DNA from: Candidatus Velthaea sp.
Lineage (GTDB): Bacteria > Vulcanimicrobiota > Vulcanimicrobiia > Vulcanimicrobiales > Vulcanimicrobiaceae
Length of the DNA: 28,319 nt
NCBI GenBank assembly: GCA_050012475.1
Contig: JBEKHC010000067.1
Coordinates: 1-28,319 of the forward strand
Reading direction: 5' to 3'
Positions within the stretch are counted from its first letter, which is position 1. Each line of letters starts with the position of its first letter. Below the pieces are notes generated by a model. The model saw nothing but the letters and a program-made list of their open reading frames with translations, did no database searches and was not told where the DNA came from. Positions 20,545 to 28,319 of this stretch are shown here, in pieces. The position numbers were made by a program, and so were the translations under genes.

Positions 20545-21792
20545 TTAGAAGGCTCCCTTACCCGCAACGATTTGCGCGATGTCGTGGTACGAAACCGCGA
20601 GCATCAAAACGATGAGAACGGCGAAACCGCCGACGTGGACGAGCGCTTCTTTCTCCGGGTCGACCGGCTTTCCACGCAGCATCTCGGCCAAAATGAAGAC
20701 GCCGCGTCCGCCGTCGAGCGCCGGGATCGGCAGCAGATTGAAGATGCCCAGCGAGATCGAGATCAGCGCGGCGAAGCTCATGTACGCGCCCCAACCGGCG
20801 TCCTGCACTTCACCCGAAACGCTGGCCATGCCGACAACGCCGTGGAGTTGCCCGGCCGTCGCAGCGGGATGCGTGAAGAGACCGCCCAGCGCACCGAACG
20901 TGCTCGTCCAGATCATGGCGAAATCCTGGCCGCTGCGCGTAAGCGCCGTCGTCAGCGGAACGCGCTGCGGAGCGAGGACCTTGAGGAAGCCGATGATGCC
21001 TACGGTGTGTCCGGCACCGTCGGGCCCCGGAACCGGGGTGAGCGTGACGTCGTGGGTGAGGTTCGCGCGCAGATACGTCAGGCGCAGCGGCTTGCCTAGC
21101 GAGGTCTGAATGTCATGCACCAGCACGGTGCCGTCGCTCACGGGGACGCCGTTGACCGCGACGATCCGGTCGCCGGCCCGCAAACCCGCGAGCGCGGCGG
21201 GCTTGCCCGGCGAAACGTCGCCGACCATCGTCGTCGGAGCCGGGATGCCGACCGCCGCGTAAGAGACGACCATCAAGACCAGCGCGACGATGAAGTTCAT
21301 CACCGGGCCGGCCACGACGATCGCCAAGCGCTGCAGCGGCCGCTTGGCTTGAAAGTTGTCCTCTTCGTGGACCGAACGCGCCAGCGCGCCCGGATCTTTG
21401 CGCGCCGTGGCGCGTTCAGGCAGCAGGGCTACGCCGCTGGTCGACACGCCCGGAGAACCGGGCGCCGCACCGGCGACCGCATCGATGGTCTCGCGGAATT
21501 GGCGCTGCTGCTCGGCCTCGTTGGTCTTGCCGTCTTCCCCCTTCATCGCGCAGTAGCCGCCGATCGGGAACAAGTTGAGCCGATAATTCGTGCCGCTGCG
21601 CGGCGAGGTCCAGCGCAGCAGCGTCGGGCCCATCCCGAGCGCGAAATCGTTCACCCGCACGCCGTTGCGGCGGGCGACGATGAAATGGCCGTACTCGTGG
21701 AGCACGATCAGCACCGAGATCATCACCAGGAAGACGATGATCTTGCCCAAGCCGGCGAGCGTCGGGAGAGCGATGGCAAGTTGGTAGGTCAT
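20545..21792 (-). CDS. rseP: RIP metalloprotease RseP (M50, PDZ)
   Basis: HEYGH, FALGMGP, PIGGYC.M.GE, VAGPVMNF, a single PDZ (PGKPAALAGLRAGDRIVAVNG), NLLPIPALDGG. Confidence 0.95.
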   Translation of the reverse strand: MTYQLAIALPTLAGLGKIIVFLVMISVLIVLHEYGHFIVARRNGVRVNDFALGMGPTLLRWTSPRSGTNYRLNLFPIGGYCAMKGEDGKTNEAEQQRQFRETIDAVAGAAPGSPGVSTSGVALLPERATARKDPGALARSVHEEDNFQAKRPLQRLAIVVAGPVMNFIVALVLMVVSYAAVGIPAPTTMVGDVSPGKPAALAGLRAGDRIVAVNGVPVSDGTVLVHDIQTSLGKPLRLTYLRANLTHDVTLTPVPGPDGAGHTVGIIGFLKVLAPQRVPLTTALTRSGQDFAMIWTSTFGALGGLFTHPAATAGQLHGVVGMASVSGEVQDAGWGAYMSFAALISISLGIFNLLPIPALDGGRGVFILAEMLRGKPVDPEKEALVHVGGFAVLIVLMLAVSYHDIAQIVAGKGAF

Positions 21793-22943
21793 AGTCCTCG
21801 GATCTTCACGCGGCGTTCCGCGACGGCTGCCCCTGCCGCTAAGCGGGCCGACCGGTCGGCTTCGCGTACGGCATCGAGCGTGAGTTCATAGTCTTTGACC
21901 GCAGCGGTGGCCTCAGCGATGCATTCCGGGATCGCTCCGAACGGAATTTCACCGTTTACGAACGCAGCGACCGCGATCTCGTTCGCGGCCGATAGAGCCG
22001 CCGGCGCGGTCCCGCCCTTGGCCAGCGCCGCGTAAGCAAGCCCTAGGCAGGGGAAGCGCTCGGCGTCGGGGCGCTCGAAGCGCAGCGTGCTCACGTCCGC
22101 CCCGCGCTCGCCGCCGACGGCGGCCAAGGCGTCGTCGGGCGCGGGCGCGGGCAGCCGGTCGGGGTAGGCCAACGCGTAGCCGATCGGCAGCCGCATGTCG
22201 GGCGGGGCCAACTGGGCCTTCACGTTGCCGTCGGTGAAGATTGCCAGGCCGTGGACGACGCTGGTGCGATGCACTAGCACCGCGATGCGCTCGCCGGGTA
22301 AAGCGAAGAACCGGCTTGCCTCGATCACCTCGAGGCCCTTGTTCATCAGCGACGCCGAGTCGATGGTATTTTTCGTCCCCATCTGCCAGGTCGGGTGCCG
22401 GAGGGCGTCGGCCAGCGTGGCGTTGCGGATCTCCTCGGCGCTGGCGGTCCAAAACGGACCGCCCGAGGCCGTCAGCACGATCGAGGCTACCCGCTCCCGC
22501 GGCTCACCCACCAGACACTGAAAGATCGCACTGTGCTCGCTGTCGACGGGCAGCAGCGACGCGCCGCTGCGCGCCGCGTGAGCGAAGAGCAGCTCGCCGG
22601 CGGCCACCACGAGCTCTTTGTTCGCGATGGCGATATCGATGCCGGCATCGACGGCGGCGAACACCGCGTCGAAGGCGACCGCGCCGTCGGTCGCGGCCAA
22701 CACGATATCGGGTTCGCTCTCGACAGCGACGCGCAGCAGTCCCGCCGCGCCGTCGTCGGCTCCCAGCGAGGCAACGGCCGGCCCGAAGCGCGCGGTTTGC
22801 TCGCGCAGAAGCTGCGCATTGCGTCCGGCGGCGAGGCCGACCACCTCGAACCGATCGGGATGCCGCCCGATGACGTCGAGGGCCTGAGTGCCGATGCTTC
22901 CCGTCGAGCCCAAGATCGCGACCCGTTTTCTCGTTTTAGACAA
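21789..22943 (-). CDS. dxr: 1-deoxy-D-xylulose-5-phosphate reductoisomerase
   Basis: ILGSTGSIGTQ, IANKELV, LPVDSEHSAIFQ, LTASGGPF, HPTWQMG.K.TIDSA.LMNKGLEVIEA, AANE. TTG start. Confidence 0.97.
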   Translation of the reverse strand: MSKTRKRVAILGSTGSIGTQALDVIGRHPDRFEVVGLAAGRNAQLLREQTARFGPAVASLGADDGAAGLLRVAVESEPDIVLAATDGAVAFDAVFAAVDAGIDIAIANKELVVAAGELLFAHAARSGASLLPVDSEHSAIFQCLVGEPRERVASIVLTASGGPFWTASAEEIRNATLADALRHPTWQMGTKNTIDSASLMNKGLEVIEASRFFALPGERIAVLVHRTSVVHGLAIFTDGNVKAQLAPPDMRLPIGYALAYPDRLPAPAPDDALAAVGGERGADVSTLRFERPDAERFPCLGLAYAALAKGGTAPAALSAANEIAVAAFVNGEIPFGAIPECIAEATAAVKDYELTLDAVREADRSARLAAGAAVAERRVKIRGL

Positions 22944-23778
22944 GCGGTATCTTTCCGATCAAGACGAGTGAGAAATAAAACATGATTCCGCCGAAGAGGT
23001 ACGAGTCGAAGCGGTCGAGGACGCCGCCGTGCCCTGCGATCACGGTGCCGGCGTCTTTGACTTTCGCGTCGCGTTTGAGTGCCGATTCGACGACGTCACC
23101 GGCTTGCGCTGCAAACGACGTCGATGCACCGACGATGGTCCCTTCGACCCAGCCCCAATGCAGGTACAGCGCGAACCCCACCGCCGCCAGGGTCGCAACG
23201 GCCAGTCCGCCGACCGCACCTTCGACCGTTTTTCGCGGCGAGAGCGGCGTGAGCGGGGTGCGTCCGAACCGGATGCCGATGACCATCGCACCGATATCAG
23301 TGAGCGCGATGACGAAGATCACCATGACGGTTGCGATGGCGCCGATCTGCGGCAGCGCGCGGATCGCAATGAAATACGACAGCAGCTTCCCGATGTACAT
23401 CACGCCCAGCAGCGTAAAGGCGGAGCGCATGAGCTGCTGGCCGCGGCGCAAGAAGGTCGCGCTGAGCATCGCGGCCACGATGGTGAGCGAGAGCAAATCG
23501 CTCTCGAAGCGTTTGATCAGCCCGAAGTACGTCAGGCCCAAGAACATCGTCGACGCGAGGGCTGCGACGGTGAATTCAATCGCGACGCCCTTACGTTCGG
23601 CAAGTTTGCCCAGCTCCCACAAAGCGCCGATCGCGATGGCTTCGACCAGCAGCGCAAAGCCGGGCGGCCACAGCACCAAGCCCAAACCCACCACCGCCAA
23701 CACCAGACCGATGATGACGCGCCGCCCGGTCGCCGGTCGCGCCGCCGCTTGCGGGGCCGGGACCGACGCGGCCGTCAT
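22936..23778 (-). CDS. cdsA: Phosphatidate cytidylyltransferase
   Basis: Polytopic membrane protein with SPRKTVEGAVGG and AQAGDVVESALKRDAKVKDAG..IAGHGGVLDRFDS. ATG 23778 overlaps the uppS stop. Confidence 0.95.
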   Translation of the reverse strand: MTAASVPAPQAAARPATGRRVIIGLVLAVVGLGLVLWPPGFALLVEAIAIGALWELGKLAERKGVAIEFTVAALASTMFLGLTYFGLIKRFESDLLSLTIVAAMLSATFLRRGQQLMRSAFTLLGVMYIGKLLSYFIAIRALPQIGAIATVMVIFVIALTDIGAMVIGIRFGRTPLTPLSPRKTVEGAVGGLAVATLAAVGFALYLHWGWVEGTIVGASTSFAAQAGDVVESALKRDAKVKDAGTVIAGHGGVLDRFDSYLFGGIMFYFSLVLIGKIPLV

Positions 23779-24518
23779 GCGCTGCCGTGCGCGGCTTGGC
23801 GGCGCTGAAACTCGACGATGGCGGCGGCAAACTGCGCGCGTCCGAAGTCCGGCCAAAAGCAGTCGCTCATGATCAGCTCGGTGTAGGCCGCTTGATACAG
23901 CAAGAAATTGGAGAGCCGCGACTCGCCGCCTGGGCGGATCAGAATGTCGGGATCGGGCATCCGGGACGTGTAGAGCGACGACGCCAGCCGCTCCTCGCTG
24001 ATCTCGTCGGGAGCGAGAAGGCCGCTGCGGACATCGTGAGCCAGCGCGCGCACCGCATCGCGCATCTCCGTGCGCGCGCTATAGTTCACCGCCAGGTTGA
24101 GCACCAGCCCGGAATTCTGCGCCGTCCGCGCCTGGAGCCGGTCGAGCGCTTCACGTGATGCTTTGGGCAACTGCTCGTAGCGGCCGATGACATGGACGCG
24201 CACGTTGTTGCGGTGCAATTCCGTCAGCTCGTTCTCGGCGAAATAGACGCACAAGTCCAGCAGCAGCGAGATCTCGGTCGAATCGCGCTTCCAGTTCTCG
24301 GTCGAAAAACCGAACACGGTCAGCAGCGGAATGCGCCAGTCGCTGGCGGCGCGGGTAATTTCGCGCAAGGCCACGATCCCGCGGCGGTGCCCCTCGATGA
24401 ACGGCATCCGCCGGGCCTTGGCCCAACGCCGGTTGCCGTCCATGATGATCGCGATATGTCCCGGCATCCGGTCGGCATCGAACTCGACTCCGGGCGGCAA
24501 ATGCGCGATTTTGTCCAT
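23775..24518 (-). CDS. uppS: Undecaprenyl/polyprenyl diphosphate synthase
   Basis: HIAIIMDGNRRWA, GHRRG, FGFSTENWKR, LAVNYS.R.E, PDPDILIRPGGESRLSNFLLYQ. Alternative GTG start at 24611. Confidence 0.95.
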   Translation of the reverse strand: MDKIAHLPPGVEFDADRMPGHIAIIMDGNRRWAKARRMPFIEGHRRGIVALREITRAASDWRIPLLTVFGFSTENWKRDSTEISLLLDLCVYFAENELTELHRNNVRVHVIGRYEQLPKASREALDRLQARTAQNSGLVLNLAVNYSARTEMRDAVRALAHDVRSGLLAPDEISEERLASSLYTSRMPDPDILIRPGGESRLSNFLLYQAAYTELIMSDCFWPDFGRAQFAAAIVEFQRRQAAHGSA

Positions 24519-24614
24519 CAGGAGACCGTCGGGCTTTGCCGGGTTCGTCGAGCGCAGCCGAGGCCAACCGATATCGGCGACGACGGCCTGCGGCGAAACC
24601 GCAAACGCCACGGA

Positions 24615-24734
24615 CCATCGAGCGTAAGCGAGATGGCGGCTCGGCCCTGCGGGCCGAACGCGATGGATCTGTCGAGCGAAACCGAGACGGATCCACTCGA
24701 GCGGGATTCGTCGAGCGAGAGGCGAGACGAATCC
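24615..24734. repeat. Cluster of three REP-like hairpins sharing a GAGCG-N-CGA loop
   Basis: CCATC-gagcgtaagcga-GATGG (24615-24636); TGGATCTGTC-gagcgaaaccga-GACGGATCCA (24664-24695); GGATTCGTC-gagcgagaggcga-GACGAATCC (24704-24734). Confidence 0.65.
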
Positions 24735-24751
24735 ATCCGAGGCGAATCCAT

Positions 24752-24949
24752 CTATCCCAGCCGCTCGTAGTTGTCGTAGCCGGCGATCAATTCGAGCGGC
24801 GCGGCGGGGATCTCGCGAACGCGCAGCACCCGCAGCGTGCCGACGCCCAACGCCGCGTAGGGCGGACGCAGAACCTCCAGCGTCACCGGAACGCCGGCCA
24901 ACAGCCGGCGGGCCTCGACCTCGGGCAGCATCGTCAGCGATTCGTGCAT
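24752..24949 (-). CDS. Small hypothetical protein (65 aa) between frr and uppS
   Basis: ATG overlaps the frr stop (TGATG) and has a GGAGG RBS. The sequence (LEVLRPP...G.LRVLRVRE...LELIAGY) recalls small proteins at this position in Firmicutes-type operons. Confidence 0.7.
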   Translation of the reverse strand: MHESLTMLPEVEARRLLAGVPVTLEVLRPPYAALGVGTLRVLRVREIPAAPLELIAGYDNYERLG

Positions 24950-25521
24950 CAGACCTCCATGATCTCTTTTTCCTTGAAAACCACGAGTTCGTCGATCTGC
25001 TTGATGTGACGATCGGTTAATTTTTGTACGTGGTCAGCGGCGCGCTTCACTTCGTCTTCGGTAATCGTGCCCGCTTTTTGAAGCGCCTTCACTTCATCGG
25101 TCGCCCGATGCCGGACGTTGCGAATCGCGATCTTGCCGTCTTCGCCCTTCTGCTTGACGATTTTCACCAGCGCCTTGCGGCGATCTTCGGTCAGCGGCGG
25201 AATCGACAGCCGAATATTCTGCCCGTCGACATTCGGATTCAGCCCTAAATCGCTGGTCTCGATCGCCCGCCGGATCGCCCCCACCACGCTCTTGTCGAAC
25301 GCCGACACCTGAAGCGAACGCCCGTCCGGACTCGAAACGCTCGCGACTTGCTTGAGCGGAACCGACGTCCCGTACGCTTCGACGTGCAGCCGGTCCAGCA
25401 GCGACGGCGCCGCCCGTCCGGTCCGAATCGCGGCAAACTCGCTGCGCGTCGACTCGATCGCCTTTGTCATCCGCGAGTCGGTATCTTTGTACACTCCGTC
25501 CAGATCCTGAATCTCAGCCAT
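24949..25521 (-). CDS. frr: Ribosome recycling factor
   Basis: RM.KAIE, IRTGRA.PSLLD, VEAYG..VPLKQVA, IPPLTEDRRK, IRNVR, KEKEIMEV. Confidence 0.97.
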   Translation of the reverse strand: MAEIQDLDGVYKDTDSRMTKAIESTRSEFAAIRTGRAAPSLLDRLHVEAYGTSVPLKQVASVSSPDGRSLQVSAFDKSVVGAIRRAIETSDLGLNPNVDGQNIRLSIPPLTEDRRKALVKIVKQKGEDGKIAIRNVRHRATDEVKALQKAGTITEDEVKRAADHVQKLTDRHIKQIDELVVFKEKEIMEV

Positions 25522-25791
25522 TCCTGCTCCCGTCTCCAAGGCTCCGCACGCTGCGCGAACCCTTGGTCATTACGCGATCCTTCGGGACGCTGCCCCGAAA
25601 ACATCGCTCCCCGGCCCGCCCAGCGCAACCCGCGGACCCTGGCACGACGACGCCCGCGCGCGCTGCCGGCGACCGAAGCGACGACCGTGCACCGAACGGC
25701 GACCGCGAGGGTCCGGCGAAACGGGACGACACCTGAGCCGCGCCGCAGCGAGTCGCTCGAAGCCGGCGGTCCCATCAAGCCGCTCCAAAAA

Positions 25792-25833
25792 AGAGCGAAG
25801 GCTCAGAGCAAAGGCTCAGAGCAAAGGCTCAGA
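25792..25833. repeat. 13-bp tandem repeat (three copies) overlapping the pyrH stop
   Basis: AGAGCGAAGGCTC AGAGCAAAGGCTC AGAGCAAAGGCTC AGA. Each unit is a GAGC-N4-GCTC mini-hairpin. Confidence 0.85.
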
Positions 25834-26566
25834 CGGAGGGGCTGCTGGAGCGGGAGGCCCCGACGAGGGTCCCGATATCGTCGCCCATCACGACCCGGCG
25901 GATATTCCCCGCAACGTTCATATCGAAGACGATGATCGGAACGCCGTTGTCCATGCACAACGTGAGCGCCGTGCTGTCCATGATCTGCAGACCCAGCTGC
26001 AGAGCGCGCAAATAGTCGACCTGGGCGAAGCGGGTCGCGGTGGGATCTTTGTGCGGGTCGGCAGAGTAGACCCCATCGACTTTGGTGGCCTTGAGGATGG
26101 CCTGCGCCCCGACTTCGACGGCCCGCAGCGCGGCGGTCGTGTCGGTCGTGAAATACGGGTTCCCGGTGCCGGCGGCGAAAATCACGATGCGGCCTTTTTC
26201 CAAGTGCCGGATCGCGCGCCGCCGAATGTACGGCTCGGCGATCTGATGCATCGCGATCGCCGTCTGAACGCGCGACGGAACGCCGATCCGCTCGAGCGAA
26301 TCTTGCAGCGCCAGCGCGTTGATCACCGTCGCCAGCATCCCCATGTAATCGGCGGTTGCCCGTTCCATCCCGGCGGCCTCGTGCGGCTTGCCGCGCCAGA
26401 TGTTCCCGCCGCCCACGACGACGGCGGTCGAAACACCGTCGGCATGGACTTGGGCGATCTGCTCGGCCATGAGCGACGTCGTGTCGACGTCGACCTGGCC
26501 CCCGGCGCCGGCAAACGCTTCGCCCGAAAGTTTGAGGAGAATTCGCCGGTAATGCGGATCGGGCAT
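25829..26566 (-). CDS. pyrH: UMP kinase
   Basis: [60 protein letters not shown]. Confidence 0.98.
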   Translation of the reverse strand: MPDPHYRRILLKLSGEAFAGAGGQVDVDTTSLMAEQIAQVHADGVSTAVVVGGGNIWRGKPHEAAGMERATADYMGMLATVINALALQDSLERIGVPSRVQTAIAMHQIAEPYIRRRAIRHLEKGRIVIFAAGTGNPYFTTDTTAALRAVEVGAQAILKATKVDGVYSADPHKDPTATRFAQVDYLRALQLGLQIMDSTALTLCMDNGVPIIVFDMNVAGNIRRVVMGDDIGTLVGASRSSSPSV

Positions 26567-26592
26567 ACGAGCTTTCTTGGTCTTGTGTCTGG

Positions 26593-27192
26593 TTAACCCT
26601 CGCCCAGAGCGAATTTGATGAACCGGCGCACCGCGATCCGCTCTCCTAGGACGGCAGAAACACCAGCGACGAGCTCGCCGACGGTCATGCTGTCGTCTTT
26701 GATGAAATGCTGGTCAGCAAGCGTGTGATCTTCATACCACTTGTTGAGTTTGCCGTTGATGATGTTCTCGACAATGTTGGGCGGCTTGCCGGCCGGTACT
26801 TGTTCCATGAGGTGTTTCTTGACGTCGTCGACCACGGCGGCCGGTACTGCTTCACGATCGAGATACTGCGGGGACATCGCGGCGACGTGCATCGCAACGT
26901 CGCGCACGAGGGTTTGGAATTTTTCGTTGCGCGCCACGAAATCGGTCTCGCAATTGATCTCGACGAGCACGCCGATCTTTCCGCCGGCGTGGATATACGA
27001 GCCGACGATGCCTTCGTGCGCCGCGCGCTCGGCTTTTTTCTCGGCTTTGGCTTGGCCCTGTTCGAGCAGGTGCGTCTTGGCCTTCTCGAAGTCGCCCTCG
27101 GCGTGCACGAGCGCGTTGCGGCAATCGATCATGCCGGCACCGGTTGCTTCACGCAAACGTTTCACGTCGTCGGCGCCGGGTTTATAGCTCAT
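26593..27192 (-). CDS. tsf: Elongation factor Ts (short ~199-aa form)
   Basis: [68 protein letters not shown]. Confidence 0.97.
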   Translation of the reverse strand: MSYKPGADDVKRLREATGAGMIDCRNALVHAEGDFEKAKTHLLEQGQAKAEKKAERAAHEGIVGSYIHAGGKIGVLVEINCETDFVARNEKFQTLVRDVAMHVAAMSPQYLDREAVPAAVVDDVKKHLMEQVPAGKPPNIVENIINGKLNKWYEDHTLADQHFIKDDSMTVGELVAGVSAVLGERIAVRRFIKFALGEG

Positions 27193-27238
27193 CGCGGAAC
27201 TCACGGTTCGATGAATCCTTATTAAAAAACGAGAGGAG

Positions 27239-28009
27239 TTAAGCGCTGACTGGTTCGGCCTGCGCCGCATCGGCGCTGACCTGCGCGTACTGTTCGTCGT
27301 AGTCTTGCGCGTCGTACGCCGATTCCGTCTCGGTCCGGCCCTCGATGATCGCGTCGGCAATCTTTCCGACCATCAACTTTACCGCCCGGATCGCGTCGTC
27401 GTTCCCGGGGATGAGATAGTCGATTTCGTCGGGGTCGCAGTTGGTGTCGACGACGGCGATGATCGGAATCTTCAGTTTTCGCGCTTCGAGCACCGCGATG
27501 CGCTCTTTCTTTGGATCGACGATGAAGATCGCATCGGGCAAGCGATGCATGTCCTTGATCCCGCCCAGGAAGCGCTCGAGCTTATCGAGCTCGTCGGACA
27601 GCCGCGAGACTTCTTTTTTGGGCAGCAGATCGAAGGTGCCTTGCTGCTTCATGCCCTCGAGTTCGCGCAGCCGCGCGATGCGCTTTTGAATGGTGGCAAA
27701 GTTCGTCAACGTTCCGCCCAGCCAGCGCTGATTGACGAAGTAGGTGCCGGCGCGCTCGGCTTCTTCTTTCACCACGTCTTGCGCTTGCTTCTTGGTGCCG
27801 ACGAACAGAATGACGCGGCCGTCGCGCGAAAGCTGTTTGACCGTCTGATACACTTCGTTGAGCTTGACGACGGTTTTGGCCAGATCGATGATGTAGATGC
27901 CGTTGCGCTCTTGGAAGATGTACGGCTTCATCTTGGGGTTCCAGCGCCGCGTCTGATGGCCGAAGTGGACACCGGCCTCGAGCAGGGCGCGCATGGAAAT
28001 AACGGACAT
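27239..28009 (-). CDS. rpsB: 30S ribosomal protein S2
   Basis: [61 protein letters not shown]. Confidence 0.99.
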   Translation of the reverse strand: MSVISMRALLEAGVHFGHQTRRWNPKMKPYIFQERNGIYIIDLAKTVVKLNEVYQTVKQLSRDGRVILFVGTKKQAQDVVKEEAERAGTYFVNQRWLGGTLTNFATIQKRIARLRELEGMKQQGTFDLLPKKEVSRLSDELDKLERFLGGIKDMHRLPDAIFIVDPKKERIAVLEARKLKIPIIAVVDTNCDPDEIDYLIPGNDDAIRAVKLMVGKIADAIIEGRTETESAYDAQDYDEQYAQVSADAAQAEPVSA

Positions 28010-28126
28010 GGCTTGGGGACCTTTCTGGATTCCGCAAGGCTGCCGTCCTTGGCCGCTTGCTCGCTGGATCCATAAACACCGCTCCTCCCGAGCGGCGAGA
28101 TGTGACAACCCGACTATCATATCACA
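28010..28126 (-). promoter_or_regulatory. rpsB extended -10 promoter and structured 5' leader (candidate S2 autoregulatory leader)
   Basis: Minus strand TGTG-A-TATGAT (28126-28116). The leader has a CCGCTC/GAGCGG hairpin (28079-28095) and a longer imperfect hairpin at about 28026-28072. Confidence 0.55.
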
Positions 28127-28319
28127 GGCGGCAACGCGCACCGAACCGGACGAACGTTCGACTTTGGTCAGATCGCTGGTTCACCTTCCGGGCACGGCAT
28201 GCAGGTGGCGACCCTCGTTTAGAACGCCGCGAACCAGCGGCCCCGACCAAAGCCGGCCGGTGCGCGTGGTTTCGCCATCATGGTTGAGGCGGGCAGCGAT
28301 GGCGGCAAACGTTTCGCCG

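Noticed and set aside
24615..25833. Possible CRISPR array from the short repeats near uppS and pyrH
   Set aside because: The repeats are too short or degenerate, there are no regular unique spacers, and no cas genes are present.
26593..27192. EF-Ts truncation or pseudogene
   Set aside because: A ~200-aa EF-Ts is a known normal form (for example Thermus and cyanobacteria), and both termini are intact.

Overview
GC-rich bacterial window with three blocks. (1) About 1.3-13.0 kb is a Calvin-Benson-Bassham (CBB) carbon-fixation locus. Red-type RuBisCO cbbL-cbbS-cbbX (form IE-like) is transcribed divergently from a translationally coupled cbbR-lytS-lytTR regulatory operon. A second operon, prk-glpX-class I fba (followed by a Nudix gene), is separated from it by a membrane PAS-GGDEF gene. 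(2) About 13.2-19.4 kb is accessory: a secreted hypothetical protein, a low-GC unexplained spacer, divergent katG/oxyR, a ComB-family phosphatase, a small MITE-like palindrome and a copper-amine-oxidase N-terminal (stalk) domain protein. (3) About 19.4-28.1 kb is the conserved rpsB-tsf-pyrH-frr-(small ORF)-uppS-cdsA-dxr-rseP-ispG cluster on the minus strand. Gene content suggests a Terrabacteria-group autotroph, plausibly Eremiobacterota/Vulcanimicrobiota (inference). The best candidate for an undescribed system is regulatory. A soluble GAF-LytS/LytTR two-component pair is coupled to cbbR, and a LytTR-type 10-11-10 direct repeat sits just upstream of the prk promoter. The cbbL 5' leader also looks like a structured RNA with riboswitch-like sequence blocks. 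All calls were made by eye; no database searches or folding programs were run.
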